A stretch of 40,287 nt of DNA from a bacterium UBP13_UBA5359 (GCA_002410925.1 DHPR01000008.1:1-40287), one strand, 5' to 3'; counted from the first letter of the stretch, positions 19,422 through 29,589 are shown. The notes: generated by a model from the sequence alone, not told the origin. Numbers and translations: made by a program.

Positions 19422-20866
19422 ATCCATTTTTGCTGATAAGCGTACTGCCGTTGTTGATGGCATGTCTGGGTCTTTTCCCTCGTGCGGCACGCTGGCTGCC
19501 GCGAGCAGGCGCTATCATTCTTCTGCTTCAGCTTCCGGTGGTGGGTTGGGTATGTCTGCCCGCCTTCTCCGGCGCTACCATTGCCTGCGGCGGCTTTCTT
19601 ATGGATGGTATAGGAGCTGCCTTTACGATTATTACCACTCTGGTGGCGGCAGCCGCTCTTGTTCAGTCGGCTTTGCTGTTGCCCGCCGAGCGGCTTGAAG
19701 ATAGTAAAATGACGGATAGGCGATTCTGCCTGTTTTATACGCTGTCAGGTATATTTATCCTGGCGGTGTACGCCGTGCCCCTCGTTCAGCATCTCGGCTA
19801 TCTCTGGATTGCCGTTGAGGCCACCACGCTGATATCGGCGCCGCTTATCAATTATCATCGCAGCCGTAATTCTCTGGAAGCTACCTGGAAATATCTCTTG
19901 TTATGCAGCGTCGGCATAGCTTTCGCTCTCTTCGGCACGGTGATTATTTTTGCGGCTCAGCATGCTTTCACAAACGGCGGGACCATGATGGCGAGCGAAT
20001 TGGTTGCGCATGCCGGTACCCTTGATCCACGTTTGCTACGTCTGGGATTTGTCTTCTGCCTGCTGGGCTACGGGACCAAGGCGGGCATCTTTCCGCTACA
20101 TAACTGGTTGCCTGATGCCCATAGTGAGGCACCATCCGCTGTGTCAGCCATGCTTTCCGGCGCCTTGCTCAACTCTGCTCTGGTGGCTGTCTGGAGACTA
20201 TCTCAGATAATGGCCGCCGCCGGCCAAAGTGGATTATTGCGTCAACTGCTTGTTCCGGCCGGGGCAATAACTGTGATTGCCGCCAGCATCATGCTGGTGC
20301 GCCAGCATGATTTGAAGCGTATGCTGGCTTATTCCAGCGTCGAGCACGCCGGGCTGCTGACACTGGCTATCGGTATTGGATCGGGAAAGATTTTTATTTT
20401 ACATGCTTTTAACCACAGTCTGGTAAAGGCGGCTCTCTTTCTTTTAGCCGGAGGCGTGACGTATGCTTATGGAACCAAGGCATTATCCAGGCTGGGAGGA
20501 ATTATAAAGAGAGCGCCCGCCTGGGGAATCGCGTTGATGGTAGCCGGTTTTGCTGTTGCCGGCAGTCCACCCTTCGGCACGTTTATCAGTGAATGGCTCC
20601 TGCTTCGCGATGCATTTGCCGCAGGAGAAGTGCTTGCAGTTGCAACCGTGGCGATAGGATTGGCCATTACCCTTATTGCGATTACAACTCATATGGGGCG
20701 GGCAGTATTCGGCAGAGGGCATGCTCCTGTAAGAGATGTGGCTGTGCGCACCTGGACATTGACGCCGGCTGTATTGCTGGCTCTCTCTCTGCTTGCAGGA
20801 GTGGCTATATCTCCGCCGGCGATGCAGATGCTCTCTGTTCTGGCAGGGCAGGGGGGACAGCCGTGA
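19418..20866 (+). CDS. hyfF: Ehr/hydrogenase-4-like antiporter subunit (HyfF-like)
   Basis: WIAVEATTL, SLEATWKY, GYGTKAG.FPLH.WLPDAHSEAPS, KRMLAYSSVEH. Confidence 0.88.
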   Translation: MNPFLLISVLPLLMACLGLFPRAARWLPRAGAIILLLQLPVVGWVCLPAFSGATIACGGFLMDGIGAAFTIITTLVAAAALVQSALLLPAERLEDSKMTDRRFCLFYTLSGIFILAVYAVPLVQHLGYLWIAVEATTLISAPLINYHRSRNSLEATWKYLLLCSVGIAFALFGTVIIFAAQHAFTNGGTMMASELVAHAGTLDPRLLRLGFVFCLLGYGTKAGIFPLHNWLPDAHSEAPSAVSAMLSGALLNSALVAVWRLSQIMAAAGQSGLLRQLLVPAGAITVIAASIMLVRQHDLKRMLAYSSVEHAGLLTLAIGIGSGKIFILHAFNHSLVKAALFLLAGGVTYAYGTKALSRLGGIIKRAPAWGIALMVAGFAVAGSPPFGTFISEWLLLRDAFAAGEVLAVATVAIGLAITLIAITTHMGRAVFGRGHAPVRDVAVRTWTLTPAVLLALSLLAGVAISPPAMQMLSVLAGQGGQP

Positions 20867-22371
20867 AACTGGTAAGTGATAAATTTGAAATAATTGTCGA
20901 AAAGCCGGCTATGCTGGCGATCGCTGCCCGGCATTGGCTGAATCAGCCCGGCCGGCGTTTTGGACATCTGACAGCCAGAGTTTGTGCCGAAAAAAATCTG
21001 GTTATCGAGGTCTTGCTGCTCGATACGCGAACTGGTGGAGGCGTTATTCTGACAGCACCGCTGCCTGATGGAGAATCTGAATATCCTGCACTCTCTCCGG
21101 AAATACCGGCTGCTCACTGGGCGGAGCGCGCTGTCGGGGATTTCTTCGGCCTGCGGGCCTGCGGCCATTTGCGCTGGAAGAGCTTGATACTGCATCATGA
21201 TGTATGGCCTGATGATTTCGCTCCACTGGCACCGCAGAGTATTGCACCTCGGGAACCTTATGCCTTTCTTAAGGTGTCCGGCGAGGGTATTCATGAGATT
21301 CCGGTAGGACCCATACATGCCGGAATTATCGAGCCGGGTCATTTCCGATTCAGTTGTGTGGGTGAAATCATAGCCAATCTCGACATCCGTCTCGGTTATC
21401 AGCATCGCGGGATAGAAAGGCGGTTAACGGAGATTCCCTGGCAACAGACCTCATATCTGGCTGAAGCAGTCAGCAGCGATGCAGCGGCCGGCAATGCGCT
21501 TGCTCACGCTGTAGCGATGGAGCAATTGATGGATATATCACCATCACCACGAGCGCAAACATTGCGTACCATTGCACTGGAAATCGAGCGTTTAGCCAAT
21601 CATATAGGAGATATTGGAGCGCTATGCGGCGATATTGGCTATAGTGCGGGTGCTGCTCTCTTTCCACCCATGCGAGGGGCTGCTCTGGCGCTGGGAGAAC
21701 TACTGACAGGAAATCGTCGTCAGCATTACTATATCAGGCCGGGCGGAGTGGCTCGTGATCTGAATGATGAACGAAGAAGGGACATGCTTCAGGCGCTTTC
21801 GAATATAAAGCTTCGTTTGCAGGAAATCCTGCCGCTGGTTTTTACCAATCCTGCCGTTATCGAGCGTATGGAGGGTACGGGACGCCTTGCGCCCGAACTG
21901 GCTCGTGATTTCGGCCTGGTCGGCCCGGCGGGACGCGCTTCCAAGGTTGAGTATGATGTTCGAAGCTGCTATGCCCATGGTCTTTATCCTGAATTTGCTC
22001 CCGTGCCTGCCGGTCGTGAAGCAGGCGACGCTTTGGCGCGGGCGCAAATACGCGCCGATGAAATCCAGAGTAGTTTATCATTACTCTCCAATATGCTGGA
22101 AAGCATTCCCGGCGGCTCTGCTATGGTTGATTGCCATGACAGGGCTTTGGAGCCGAACAGAGTAGGCATCGGCATTGTGGAAGCCTGGCGTGGTGAACTT
22201 ATACACTGGATCACCGCTGACGATACCGGTGCCATATCACGTTATGCCGTTAAAGATCCCAGCTTCAATAACTGGACCGGCCTGGCGATTGCAGTACGTG
22301 GAAATCTGGTGGCCGATTTCCCGCTGTGCAACAAGAGCTTCAACCTGTCGTACAGCGGCAATGATTTATAG
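20863..22371 (+). CDS. Ehr large subunit (HyfG/NuoCD-like, no NiFe ligands)
   Basis: GTG overlaps the hyfF stop. VGPIHAGIIEPGHFRF, HRGIE, EAWRGE and C-terminal DFPLCNKSFNLSYSGNDL are present; no CxxC L1/L2 motifs. Confidence 0.88.
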   Translation: MKLVSDKFEIIVEKPAMLAIAARHWLNQPGRRFGHLTARVCAEKNLVIEVLLLDTRTGGGVILTAPLPDGESEYPALSPEIPAAHWAERAVGDFFGLRACGHLRWKSLILHHDVWPDDFAPLAPQSIAPREPYAFLKVSGEGIHEIPVGPIHAGIIEPGHFRFSCVGEIIANLDIRLGYQHRGIERRLTEIPWQQTSYLAEAVSSDAAAGNALAHAVAMEQLMDISPSPRAQTLRTIALEIERLANHIGDIGALCGDIGYSAGAALFPPMRGAALALGELLTGNRRQHYYIRPGGVARDLNDERRRDMLQALSNIKLRLQEILPLVFTNPAVIERMEGTGRLAPELARDFGLVGPAGRASKVEYDVRSCYAHGLYPEFAPVPAGREAGDALARAQIRADEIQSSLSLLSNMLESIPGGSAMVDCHDRALEPNRVGIGIVEAWRGELIHWITADDTGAISRYAVKDPSFNNWTGLAIAVRGNLVADFPLCNKSFNLSYSGNDL

Positions 22372-22462
22372 TCCTGCCATAATCATCTATGGCAAGAGAG
22401 CCTGAAGCTATGGTTCGGTTGCCGAGCCTTTGAGCGTATTTACATCTTTTGGAGGCTGAATT

Positions 22463-23209
22463 ATGAGCAATCCGCTTCTGACAATATTAAAAACAGGTAT
22501 TATCACACAGAGAGAGGTATTTCCTGACCTGTCCGATGATGCTGATGGAATGCCTGCTCTTACCGCAGCACCGTGTGCCGGTGTCGCTTGCGGGCGCTGT
22601 ACGGCTGTCTGCCCTACCAAAGCTATCAACCTTTCAGGCGATATTGTTACGCTGGACCGGGGACGTTGCCTGGGCTGCTCCTCCTGTGTCAGGAGATGCC
22701 CTTCAGGAAGCATTATGCACGATCGCTCTACCCGGACGGCCGTGAGCAGGCGTGAGGAGCTTATTCTTACCAATCAGACCAGCGATAAGGCTGCGCCGGC
22801 TCAACCGCGATTGCCGTTCCGAAAATCGCTGCATATCCGTGAAGTTTCCACCGGCGATAATGCCGCCGACTTGGAAATTATCGCCTGCACCAATGCAATC
22901 TTCGATATCGCCCGCTTTGGGATACACTTTGTTGCTTCGCCTCGCTTTGCAGATGCTCTCCTTGTTACCGGTCCTGTCGGCAAGGCTATGCAGGAGCCTT
23001 TGCTGCGCTGTTATGATGCTATGGCTGAGCCTCGCCTGGTGATTGCCGTCGGTGCCGGCGCCATCAGCGGCGGTTTACATAGCGGAGGTTATGCAGAGGC
23101 TAATGGTGTGGACGACCTGCTACCCGTTTCCAGCTATATCCCCGGAGATCCTCCGCATCCATGGAGCATTATTCACGGGATACTTTTGGCCATGGGAAGA
23201 ACGGAATGA
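22463..23209 (+). CDS. Ehr small subunit: 2x[4Fe-4S] ferredoxin domain fused to a NuoB/HyfI-like domain lacking its Fe-S cysteines
   Basis: CAGVACGRCTAVCP and CLGCSSCVRRCP, then RKSLHIREV, RFGIHFVASPRFAD.LLVTGPV and IPGDPP. Confidence 0.85.
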   Translation: MSNPLLTILKTGIITQREVFPDLSDDADGMPALTAAPCAGVACGRCTAVCPTKAINLSGDIVTLDRGRCLGCSSCVRRCPSGSIMHDRSTRTAVSRREELILTNQTSDKAAPAQPRLPFRKSLHIREVSTGDNAADLEIIACTNAIFDIARFGIHFVASPRFADALLVTGPVGKAMQEPLLRCYDAMAEPRLVIAVGAGAISGGLHSGGYAEANGVDDLLPVSSYIPGDPPHPWSIIHGILLAMGRTE

Positions 23210-23393
23210 TTCGAATTTAAATTTGCTTGCTTGCTTATGAAACATTTTCCCGGTGCTCGTTCGTATATTACTATGTTATGCTGCGCTGCGAAAGCTCAAT
23301 AACGATCAGGGCGATAAAGATTCTGCAGGGTATGTTTTCTCGGCCATACGCACCGAGCGCAGGATCCATATCGCGGGAAGGCGAAGGGCTGTA

Positions 23394-24683
23394 ATGGTAT
23401 CAAGATGCAGATACTTCTTTTCAGGCATAGTCCTGTCGATTCTTTTATCGGTGTCCGTTGTCGTGCAAGCAGACGTCGATAGCAGCAAAGGCCTCTCTTT
23501 ACAGCAATGTATAGAGATAGCCATGCAGAATCAGGATGATATTTTGATAGGGGGAAATACGGTAACTGCGGCTACAGAGAGGCAAAAGCGTACTCTGAGC
23601 GATTATTATCCTCGTGTTACCACTCAATACTCGACCGCTCTGGCGGAATCCGGAGGCCTCAATACCAGAAAGGCGGATGGTCTCTCCGTATCTGTTTCGC
23701 ACGATTTCTATGACGGAGGAATCAGAGAGGCTAAAGCGCATGAAGCGGCGGCCGGACTGGCGCAGAAGCTCTTTGCTCTGGACAGAACACGGCAGAAGGT
23801 TCTTTACAATGTAACCCGAGAATATTTCTTGCTGCTTCAAGCCCAGCATCTGGCAGAGGTACGGCACACCCAGGTGAAGTATCTTGAAGGGCAGCTGGCC
23901 ATGATAAGTACTCGCGTCCAGTTGGGTGCTGCAGCACGGGTTGATACTCTTCCTGTTGAGGCGCAGCTCTCCAATGCACGGGTAGATCTGCTGGAGGCGG
24001 AAAATACTATTAGGACCTCGGCTATCCAACTACAGAATGCAATGGGACTCCTTCCGGATCCCGATTTTTCCATTATGGAAACCGCTGAGCCGGCTATCAT
24101 CGCTGTTCGCTCTGTGGAAGATTATGTAACTATGGCGTTATCTGAGCGCCCTGATCTCCAGGAAGCGGAAGCCGGCATCAAGTCTGCCGAAGCCGGGGTA
24201 GAAAGGGCCAGGCTTTCTTTACGGCCGCGGCCTATTCTTTCCGGCTCTTACGATAACTCTTTTGATGGCAAGGATGAATTACGCATCACCGGCGGCATTG
24301 CTTTTAATCTCTTTGATGGAGGCAGCAATCGTGCGACATATCGCGAAGAGGTTGCCAATAGATCAAGTGCTGAGCTGCGCGTTGCGCAGTTGAAAAAAAC
24401 TATCCGGTCAGAGGTGCGCCAGGCATATCTAAATCTTACCTGCGCCGAAGAGCGAATGGCAGCCGCCGACCTCAGCCTGAAAGCGGCACGGAAGAATCTT
24501 GAGGCTCAGGAAGGCCGGTACAAGCAGGGATTGGCTATTACTCTGGATTTGCTCAATGCGCAACTGGAGATAACCACTGCTCAGAGGAATGCAGTACAGG
24601 CGCGCTATGATTACTATCTTTCTATAGCGCAGCTTGAATATGCCGCAGGCAAGCAGGGAGGTTTGTATGAGAAAGCCGACTAA
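23394..24683 (+). CDS. TolC-family outer membrane efflux protein
   Basis: Signal peptide; two OEP repeats (YYPRV...YDGG; PRPIL...LFDGG); RYKQG...LDLLNAQ. Confidence 0.88.
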   Translation: MVSRCRYFFSGIVLSILLSVSVVVQADVDSSKGLSLQQCIEIAMQNQDDILIGGNTVTAATERQKRTLSDYYPRVTTQYSTALAESGGLNTRKADGLSVSVSHDFYDGGIREAKAHEAAAGLAQKLFALDRTRQKVLYNVTREYFLLLQAQHLAEVRHTQVKYLEGQLAMISTRVQLGAAARVDTLPVEAQLSNARVDLLEAENTIRTSAIQLQNAMGLLPDPDFSIMETAEPAIIAVRSVEDYVTMALSERPDLQEAEAGIKSAEAGVERARLSLRPRPILSGSYDNSFDGKDELRITGGIAFNLFDGGSNRATYREEVANRSSAELRVAQLKKTIRSEVRQAYLNLTCAEERMAAADLSLKAARKNLEAQEGRYKQGLAITLDLLNAQLEITTAQRNAVQARYDYYLSIAQLEYAAGKQGGLYEKAD

Positions 24684-26187
24684 GAAAAAACGTCTTATAA
24701 CCGGTGCATTGATTGCACTGCTGGTAATCATCGTTGTTGCGGTGGCAATGCGGCGCAACCATAATAACAAAGGGCAAATGGCGGTGCGTACGGAGGCAGT
24801 GAGCCGAGGTATGATCGTTTCCAGCATTTCCGCTAACGGCGTGCTTAAACCCTTGACTACCGTGGAAGTAAAGTCCAATGTCGGGGGGCAGGTAATTCAA
24901 ATGGCCGTTGATGAGGGAGATGTTGTTCGTGCCGGGCAGTTAATCGCCCGCATCGATCCCTCCGATACCCTGACCAGCTTGCAGCAATCGGAAGCAGATT
25001 ATGCCGGCGCCTCAGCCAAAGTTCGCCAAGCTAAGAGCCAAGCTGATGTACAGCCCAGACTGACGGGTACGGCTATCAAGCAGGCGGAGAGCTCTCTGGC
25101 CTCAGCACAGGCGGCGCTGAAGCAGACCCAAAGCGCCTTGATACCGCAAAAAATCGCCTCTGCCCAATCAGCCTATAATCAGGCTAAAGCTGCTTGTGAT
25201 CAGGCAGAGAAGAGCCTTAAACGGCAAAAGGCGCTGTACGAGCAGGGCTTTGTCGCCGGAAGCGTAGTTGACGATGCTCAGGAAGCGGCAGCTTCGGCCA
25301 GGGCCCAATTGGAAGCGGCTCAAAGCAGATGGAGCACCGTTAAGGAGGAAACGGCGCAGGAGCTTAAGGCCGCTCAGGCCCGGGTACAGGAAGCTTCGGC
25401 CGCATTGGAAGCGACCAGGGCAAATGCCTATCAGGTAGGTATGAAGAGGGAGGATATTGTTCAGGCTCAGGCGGCATTGCAGCGCGCCCGGGCATCGGTG
25501 GATAACGCGCGGACACAATTGAGATACACCTCGATTTATGCGCCGAGGTCAGGTATAGTGGTTAGTAAATATGTGGAAGAAGGCTCCATTATTATGGCTG
25601 GACGAGCCTCGAATGCAGGAGCAGGCTCCGGCGTCACCATCATCGATATAGCGGATGTTATCCGCATGCAGGTGGAAGTCAATGTGGATGAAGCCGATAT
25701 AGGAGAGATTCGTCAAGGCCAGCCGGTACGAATTTCAGTGGATGCTTATCCTGACGAGCGCTTCAGAGGAAGGGTAACCAGGATTGCTCCTCAGGCTGTT
25801 GCGGAGCAGAATGTTACCACCATACCGGTGACGGTAGAGGTATCCGTCCGGGATGACAGGCTGAAGCCCGGCATGAACGCTACCTGCGATTTTATTGTTG
25901 AGCGCAAAGAGAATGCTCTTCTGGTGCCGAACAAGGCGGTCAAAGAGAGCGCCGATGGAACGATGGTAACGGTTTTGCAGCATGGTGAGCAGGTGTCGTG
26001 CCGGGTAAAGACCGGTATCTCTGACGACAGGAATACCGAGATTATCAGCGGTCTGCAGGAGGGTGATCTGGTGGTAATGCCTGCAGGCATGGCATTCGGC
26101 AATGCCGGAGCAGGCAGAAGAAATCAGACCTCGGGGAACGCACCGCGACGCAGTATGCGACGGGGCGGTCCGCCCAGGATGTTCTGA
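24667..26187 (+). CDS. MacA/HlyD-type periplasmic adaptor (membrane fusion protein)
   Basis: N-terminal TM; EVKSNVGGQV..V.EGD.V..GQL, long helical hairpin, IYAPRSG, LKPGMNA. Confidence 0.9.
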   Translation: MRKPTKKKRLITGALIALLVIIVVAVAMRRNHNNKGQMAVRTEAVSRGMIVSSISANGVLKPLTTVEVKSNVGGQVIQMAVDEGDVVRAGQLIARIDPSDTLTSLQQSEADYAGASAKVRQAKSQADVQPRLTGTAIKQAESSLASAQAALKQTQSALIPQKIASAQSAYNQAKAACDQAEKSLKRQKALYEQGFVAGSVVDDAQEAAASARAQLEAAQSRWSTVKEETAQELKAAQARVQEASAALEATRANAYQVGMKREDIVQAQAALQRARASVDNARTQLRYTSIYAPRSGIVVSKYVEEGSIIMAGRASNAGAGSGVTIIDIADVIRMQVEVNVDEADIGEIRQGQPVRISVDAYPDERFRGRVTRIAPQAVAEQNVTTIPVTVEVSVRDDRLKPGMNATCDFIVERKENALLVPNKAVKESADGTMVTVLQHGEQVSCRVKTGISDDRNTEIISGLQEGDLVVMPAGMAFGNAGAGRRNQTSGNAPRRSMRRGGPPRMF

Positions 26188-26217
26188 AAAAGCCTGACTA
26201 AAGGAGATGCCCGGGAT

Positions 26218-26949
26218 ATGATAAGCGTCAAAAATCTGCAAAAGACTTATTATATGGGAGATGTTACCGTTCGTGCACTTAAAGGGGTTTCCCTGGAGGT
26301 TAAAACGGGTGAATTTGTGGCTATTATGGGCCCGTCCGGCTCCGGTAAATCTACTTTCATGAACATCGTCGGTTGTTTGGATAAGCCTACGGAAGGTTCG
26401 TATATCCTTGATCATCAGGAAGTGGCCGTAATGGATAACGATGAACTGGCGCTGGTGCGCAACCGGAAGATAGGCTTTGTTTTTCAGACCTTCAATTTGA
26501 TTTCACGCCGTCCGGCGGTTCGCCAGGTAATGCTGCCGCTGCTTTACAATCCGGAGGTTTCCGATGATTCTCAGGCTATGGCTATAGCTGCTCTGAAGAG
26601 GGTGGGGCTGGGCGACCGTATTCATCATAAACCCAACGAGCTCTCGGGCGGGCAGCAGCAGAGAGTGGCCATTGCCCGGGCGCTGGTAAATAATCCTCCT
26701 GTTATCCTGGGAGATGAACCTACGGGAAACCTGGATACGCGGACGAGTGAAGAGATCATGGCTATATTTCAAAGCCTGCATGCGGAAGGGAAGACGGTTA
26801 TCATTGTTACTCACGAAAGCGATATTGCCAGGCATGCACAACGTATTATACGTTTCAAGGATGGACATATAATTTCCGATCAGAAGGTGGATACGCCTCT
26901 TAATGCGTATGCTGAACTGGAGAAACTGCCGCCGGAGGAAGAAGAATGA
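26218..26949 (+). CDS. MacB/LolD-type ABC transporter ATP-binding protein
   Basis: [43 protein letters not shown]. Confidence 0.95.
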   Translation: MISVKNLQKTYYMGDVTVRALKGVSLEVKTGEFVAIMGPSGSGKSTFMNIVGCLDKPTEGSYILDHQEVAVMDNDELALVRNRKIGFVFQTFNLISRRPAVRQVMLPLLYNPEVSDDSQAMAIAALKRVGLGDRIHHKPNELSGGQQQRVAIARALVNNPPVILGDEPTGNLDTRTSEEIMAIFQSLHAEGKTVIIVTHESDIARHAQRIIRFKDGHIISDQKVDTPLNAYAELEKLPPEEEE

Positions 26950-28163
26950 ATCTTTGGGAAAGTATTTCCATAGCCCTGGAGGGGCTGGCTGCCAATAAAA
27001 TGCGCTCCATTCTCACCATGCTAGGTGTTGTTATCGGCGTAGCGGCCGTTATTACCATGCTGGCGCTGGCCGGAGGGGCCAAGGCCAGAATGATGAACCA
27101 GATCAAGCAGATGGGCACCAATGTCCTGACGGTAATGGCCAATCGCTCGCGGCGAGGAGGAATTACCGGAAGCTCAGGCAGCAGACAATCGCTGACGCTG
27201 AGTGATGCAGAGGCCATAGCTGACCAATGCTCATCAGTGGTGGGGGTAGCGCCTGAAGTATCATCTAATGCTCAGATCAAGTACCGCAACCAGAATACCA
27301 ATACGAGCGTACTGGGCACTACATCCGATTATCCAAGTGTGCGTAACTACCGAATACGAGAGGGAGAGTTTTTCACCGATCGCGACGTAAGAGCCGTGCG
27401 GAAGCTGGCCGTTATCGGCCCGACCACGGCCGAAAATCTTTTCGGCGGCAGCTCTCCTGTGGGAAAAGCGATAAGCATTCAGGGAACGCGTTTCACGGTT
27501 ATTGGTGTTACAGCTGAAAAAGGCATGGCAGGTGGTTTCAGAGATCCTGACGATCAAATTATTATTCCGGTAACCACGGCTATGCGTAGAATGTTTGGTC
27601 TGGAATATGTTCGGGCTATCAACGTTCAGGCTGCCGGCATGGAGCTTATGGAGCAGGCCGAAATGGAAATTACGGCCTTGCTGCGTAAGCGCCATCGTTT
27701 GGCTGATAACACGGAGGATGATTTTATTATTAGAAGCCAGGCCGAGATCATCGACATGGCTAACGAAACATCGGGGGTCTTCACACTTCTGCTTGGCGGC
27801 ATTGCCAGCGTTTCTCTGTTGGTAGGCGGTATCGGCATTATGAATATCATGCTGGTATCCGTTACCGAACGAACCAGAGAGATCGGTATTCGGATAGCTG
27901 TGGGCGCACGTGGTCGTGATATTCAGATACAGTTTCTGGTAGAAGCCATGGTCCTCTCCATGCTTGGCGGCATTGTCGGCATACTGTTGGGGATGCTCGG
28001 CGCCTTTCTCATCAAGAGCTTCTCAACCATCGCCGCCAGCGTATCAATGGCATCCATTATTCTGTCCTTCGGCTTTGCGGCCCTTGTCGGCATCTTCTTT
28101 GGCTTTTACCCGGCTCGCACAGCGTCCCGTCTGGATCCGATAGAAGCATTGAGATACGAGTAG
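26946..28163 (+). CDS. MacB/FtsX-type ABC transporter permease
   Basis: [46 protein letters not shown]...[10 protein letters not shown]. Confidence 0.95.
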   Translation: MNLWESISIALEGLAANKMRSILTMLGVVIGVAAVITMLALAGGAKARMMNQIKQMGTNVLTVMANRSRRGGITGSSGSRQSLTLSDAEAIADQCSSVVGVAPEVSSNAQIKYRNQNTNTSVLGTTSDYPSVRNYRIREGEFFTDRDVRAVRKLAVIGPTTAENLFGGSSPVGKAISIQGTRFTVIGVTAEKGMAGGFRDPDDQIIIPVTTAMRRMFGLEYVRAINVQAAGMELMEQAEMEITALLRKRHRLADNTEDDFIIRSQAEIIDMANETSGVFTLLLGGIASVSLLVGGIGIMNIMLVSVTERTREIGIRIAVGARGRDIQIQFLVEAMVLSMLGGIVGILLGMLGAFLIKSFSTIAASVSMASIILSFGFAALVGIFFGFYPARTASRLDPIEALRYE

Positions 28164-28167
28164 GAGA

Positions 28168-29589
28168 CTAAAATCTCAAGTCCCTCTCCCCGGCGCGTAT
28201 TCTGTCAAGATATTCTCTGGCTTTCTGCTGCGCTACGGCGTTGGGAATGGCGTTGAGCTCTCTGGCTATAGCCTTGCCGCCGAGTTCACGCAATTCATCG
28301 TCGCCGTAATCATCGATGTATTCCTGGAATGTCAGGATAGCGTTGGCCTGGCAGACGTTGCCTATCTGTCCCGTCTTGGCCAAATTCATAAAGCGGTCAC
28401 CCGTACGCCCCTCTCTGTAGCAAGCCGTGCAGTAGCTGGGGATATAACCATCTCTGAGCAGTGCTTTCAGCACTGCATTGGGAGAGCGATTATCCAGTGG
28501 TTCAAACTGTGGCTTCTGTTCTTTGCCATCAAGCTTTCCGGCATTTGCATAACCGCCGACGCCTGTGCATGACCCGGCGCTCACCTGCGATATTCCCAGG
28601 GCGACGACCTCTTCACGATAGCCCTGAGGTTCGCGTGTGGTCAGGATCATGCCTGTATAAGGTACGGCCAGGCGCAGAACAGCTACGATCTTCTTGAAAT
28701 CATCATCGGAAACCAGGTAGGGGAAATCAGTTGCTCGTACACCTTCAGCGGCTCTTATTCTGGGTACCGACAGGGTATGCGGTCCCACTCCGAAAGCAGC
28801 TTCCATATGCTCGGCATGCATTAACAGTCCCACGGTTTCATATTTCCAATCATATAATCCGTAAAGTACGCCGAAGCCCACATCGTCAATGCCTCCGGTC
28901 ATGGCTCTGTCATGTGCCTCTGTATGCCATTCGTAGTTGTGTTTAGGCCCGCCCCGGTGCACCTGAAGATAGGTAGGCTTGTGGTATGTCTCCTGGAAAA
29001 GAATGTAAGTGCCGATATCGGCGGCCTTAAGACGGCGGTAATCCTCAACTGTTGTCGCCGCTATATTAACGTTGACCCGGCGAATCTCCCCATGATCGAA
29101 CTTCAAAGAATAGATGGCCCTGATGCATTCGATAATGTAATCCAGAGGGCAGTTGATCGGATCTTCGCCTGCTTCCAATGCCAGGCGCTTGTGGCCCTGG
29201 CTCTCTATCATGCGAACCTCTTCGATCAGCTCTTCTCGGGTAAGCTTTTTTCTTGGTGTGCAGCGTTCGTTGTTATAGCCGCAGTAGGAACAACGGTTGA
29301 TACAGTAATCCGAAACGTAAAGCGGGGCAAAGAGGACTATTCGACGCCCGTAGATATGCTCCTTGACCTTGCGGGCCAGCGCAAACATATCCGCCAGAAT
29401 ATCCGGCGCCGTCACTTCCATCAATACGGCCGCTTCGCGATGAGCCAGGCCATGAAATCCGGCTGCCTTATCCAGAATTTCACGCACACGTTTGGCATCG
29501 CCGGCCTCCTCTTTGGCCTCTTTCAGCGTCGTCTCTATCTCCTCGTGGCAGATGAATTCGTTAGCATCTTTTGATTTAGGATTATACAT
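28168..29589 (-). CDS. hydG: [FeFe]-hydrogenase H-cluster radical SAM maturase HydG
   Basis: CINRCSYC, GEIRRVNVN, LFQETYH, GPHTLSVPR (dangler-Fe His), and C-terminal CTAC-X22-C. Confidence 0.93.
   Translation of the reverse strand: MYNPKSKDANEFICHEEIETTLKEAKEEAGDAKRVREILDKAAGFHGLAHREAAVLMEVTAPDILADMFALARKVKEHIYGRRIVLFAPLYVSDYCINRCSYCGYNNERCTPRKKLTREELIEEVRMIESQGHKRLALEAGEDPINCPLDYIIECIRAIYSLKFDHGEIRRVNVNIAATTVEDYRRLKAADIGTYILFQETYHKPTYLQVHRGGPKHNYEWHTEAHDRAMTGGIDDVGFGVLYGLYDWKYETVGLLMHAEHMEAAFGVGPHTLSVPRIRAAEGVRATDFPYLVSDDDFKKIVAVLRLAVPYTGMILTTREPQGYREEVVALGISQVSAGSCTGVGGYANAGKLDGKEQKPQFEPLDNRSPNAVLKALLRDGYIPSYCTACYREGRTGDRFMNLAKTGQIGNVCQANAILTFQEYIDDYGDDELRELGGKAIARELNAIPNAVAQQKAREYLDRIRAGERDLRF

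Noticed and set aside
20593-20862. N-terminal extension of the large subunit in the ORF track
   Set aside because: Overlaps hyfF; the coupled GTG at 20863 is the plausible start.
16016-23209. Functional hydrogenase-4 / formate hydrogenlyase
   Set aside because: The NiFe-binding CxxC motifs are absent and there are no maturation or fdh genes in the window.
28168-29589. ThiH rather than HydG
   Set aside because: It has the C-terminal CX2CX22C extension and the TM1266 neighbour typical of HydG.
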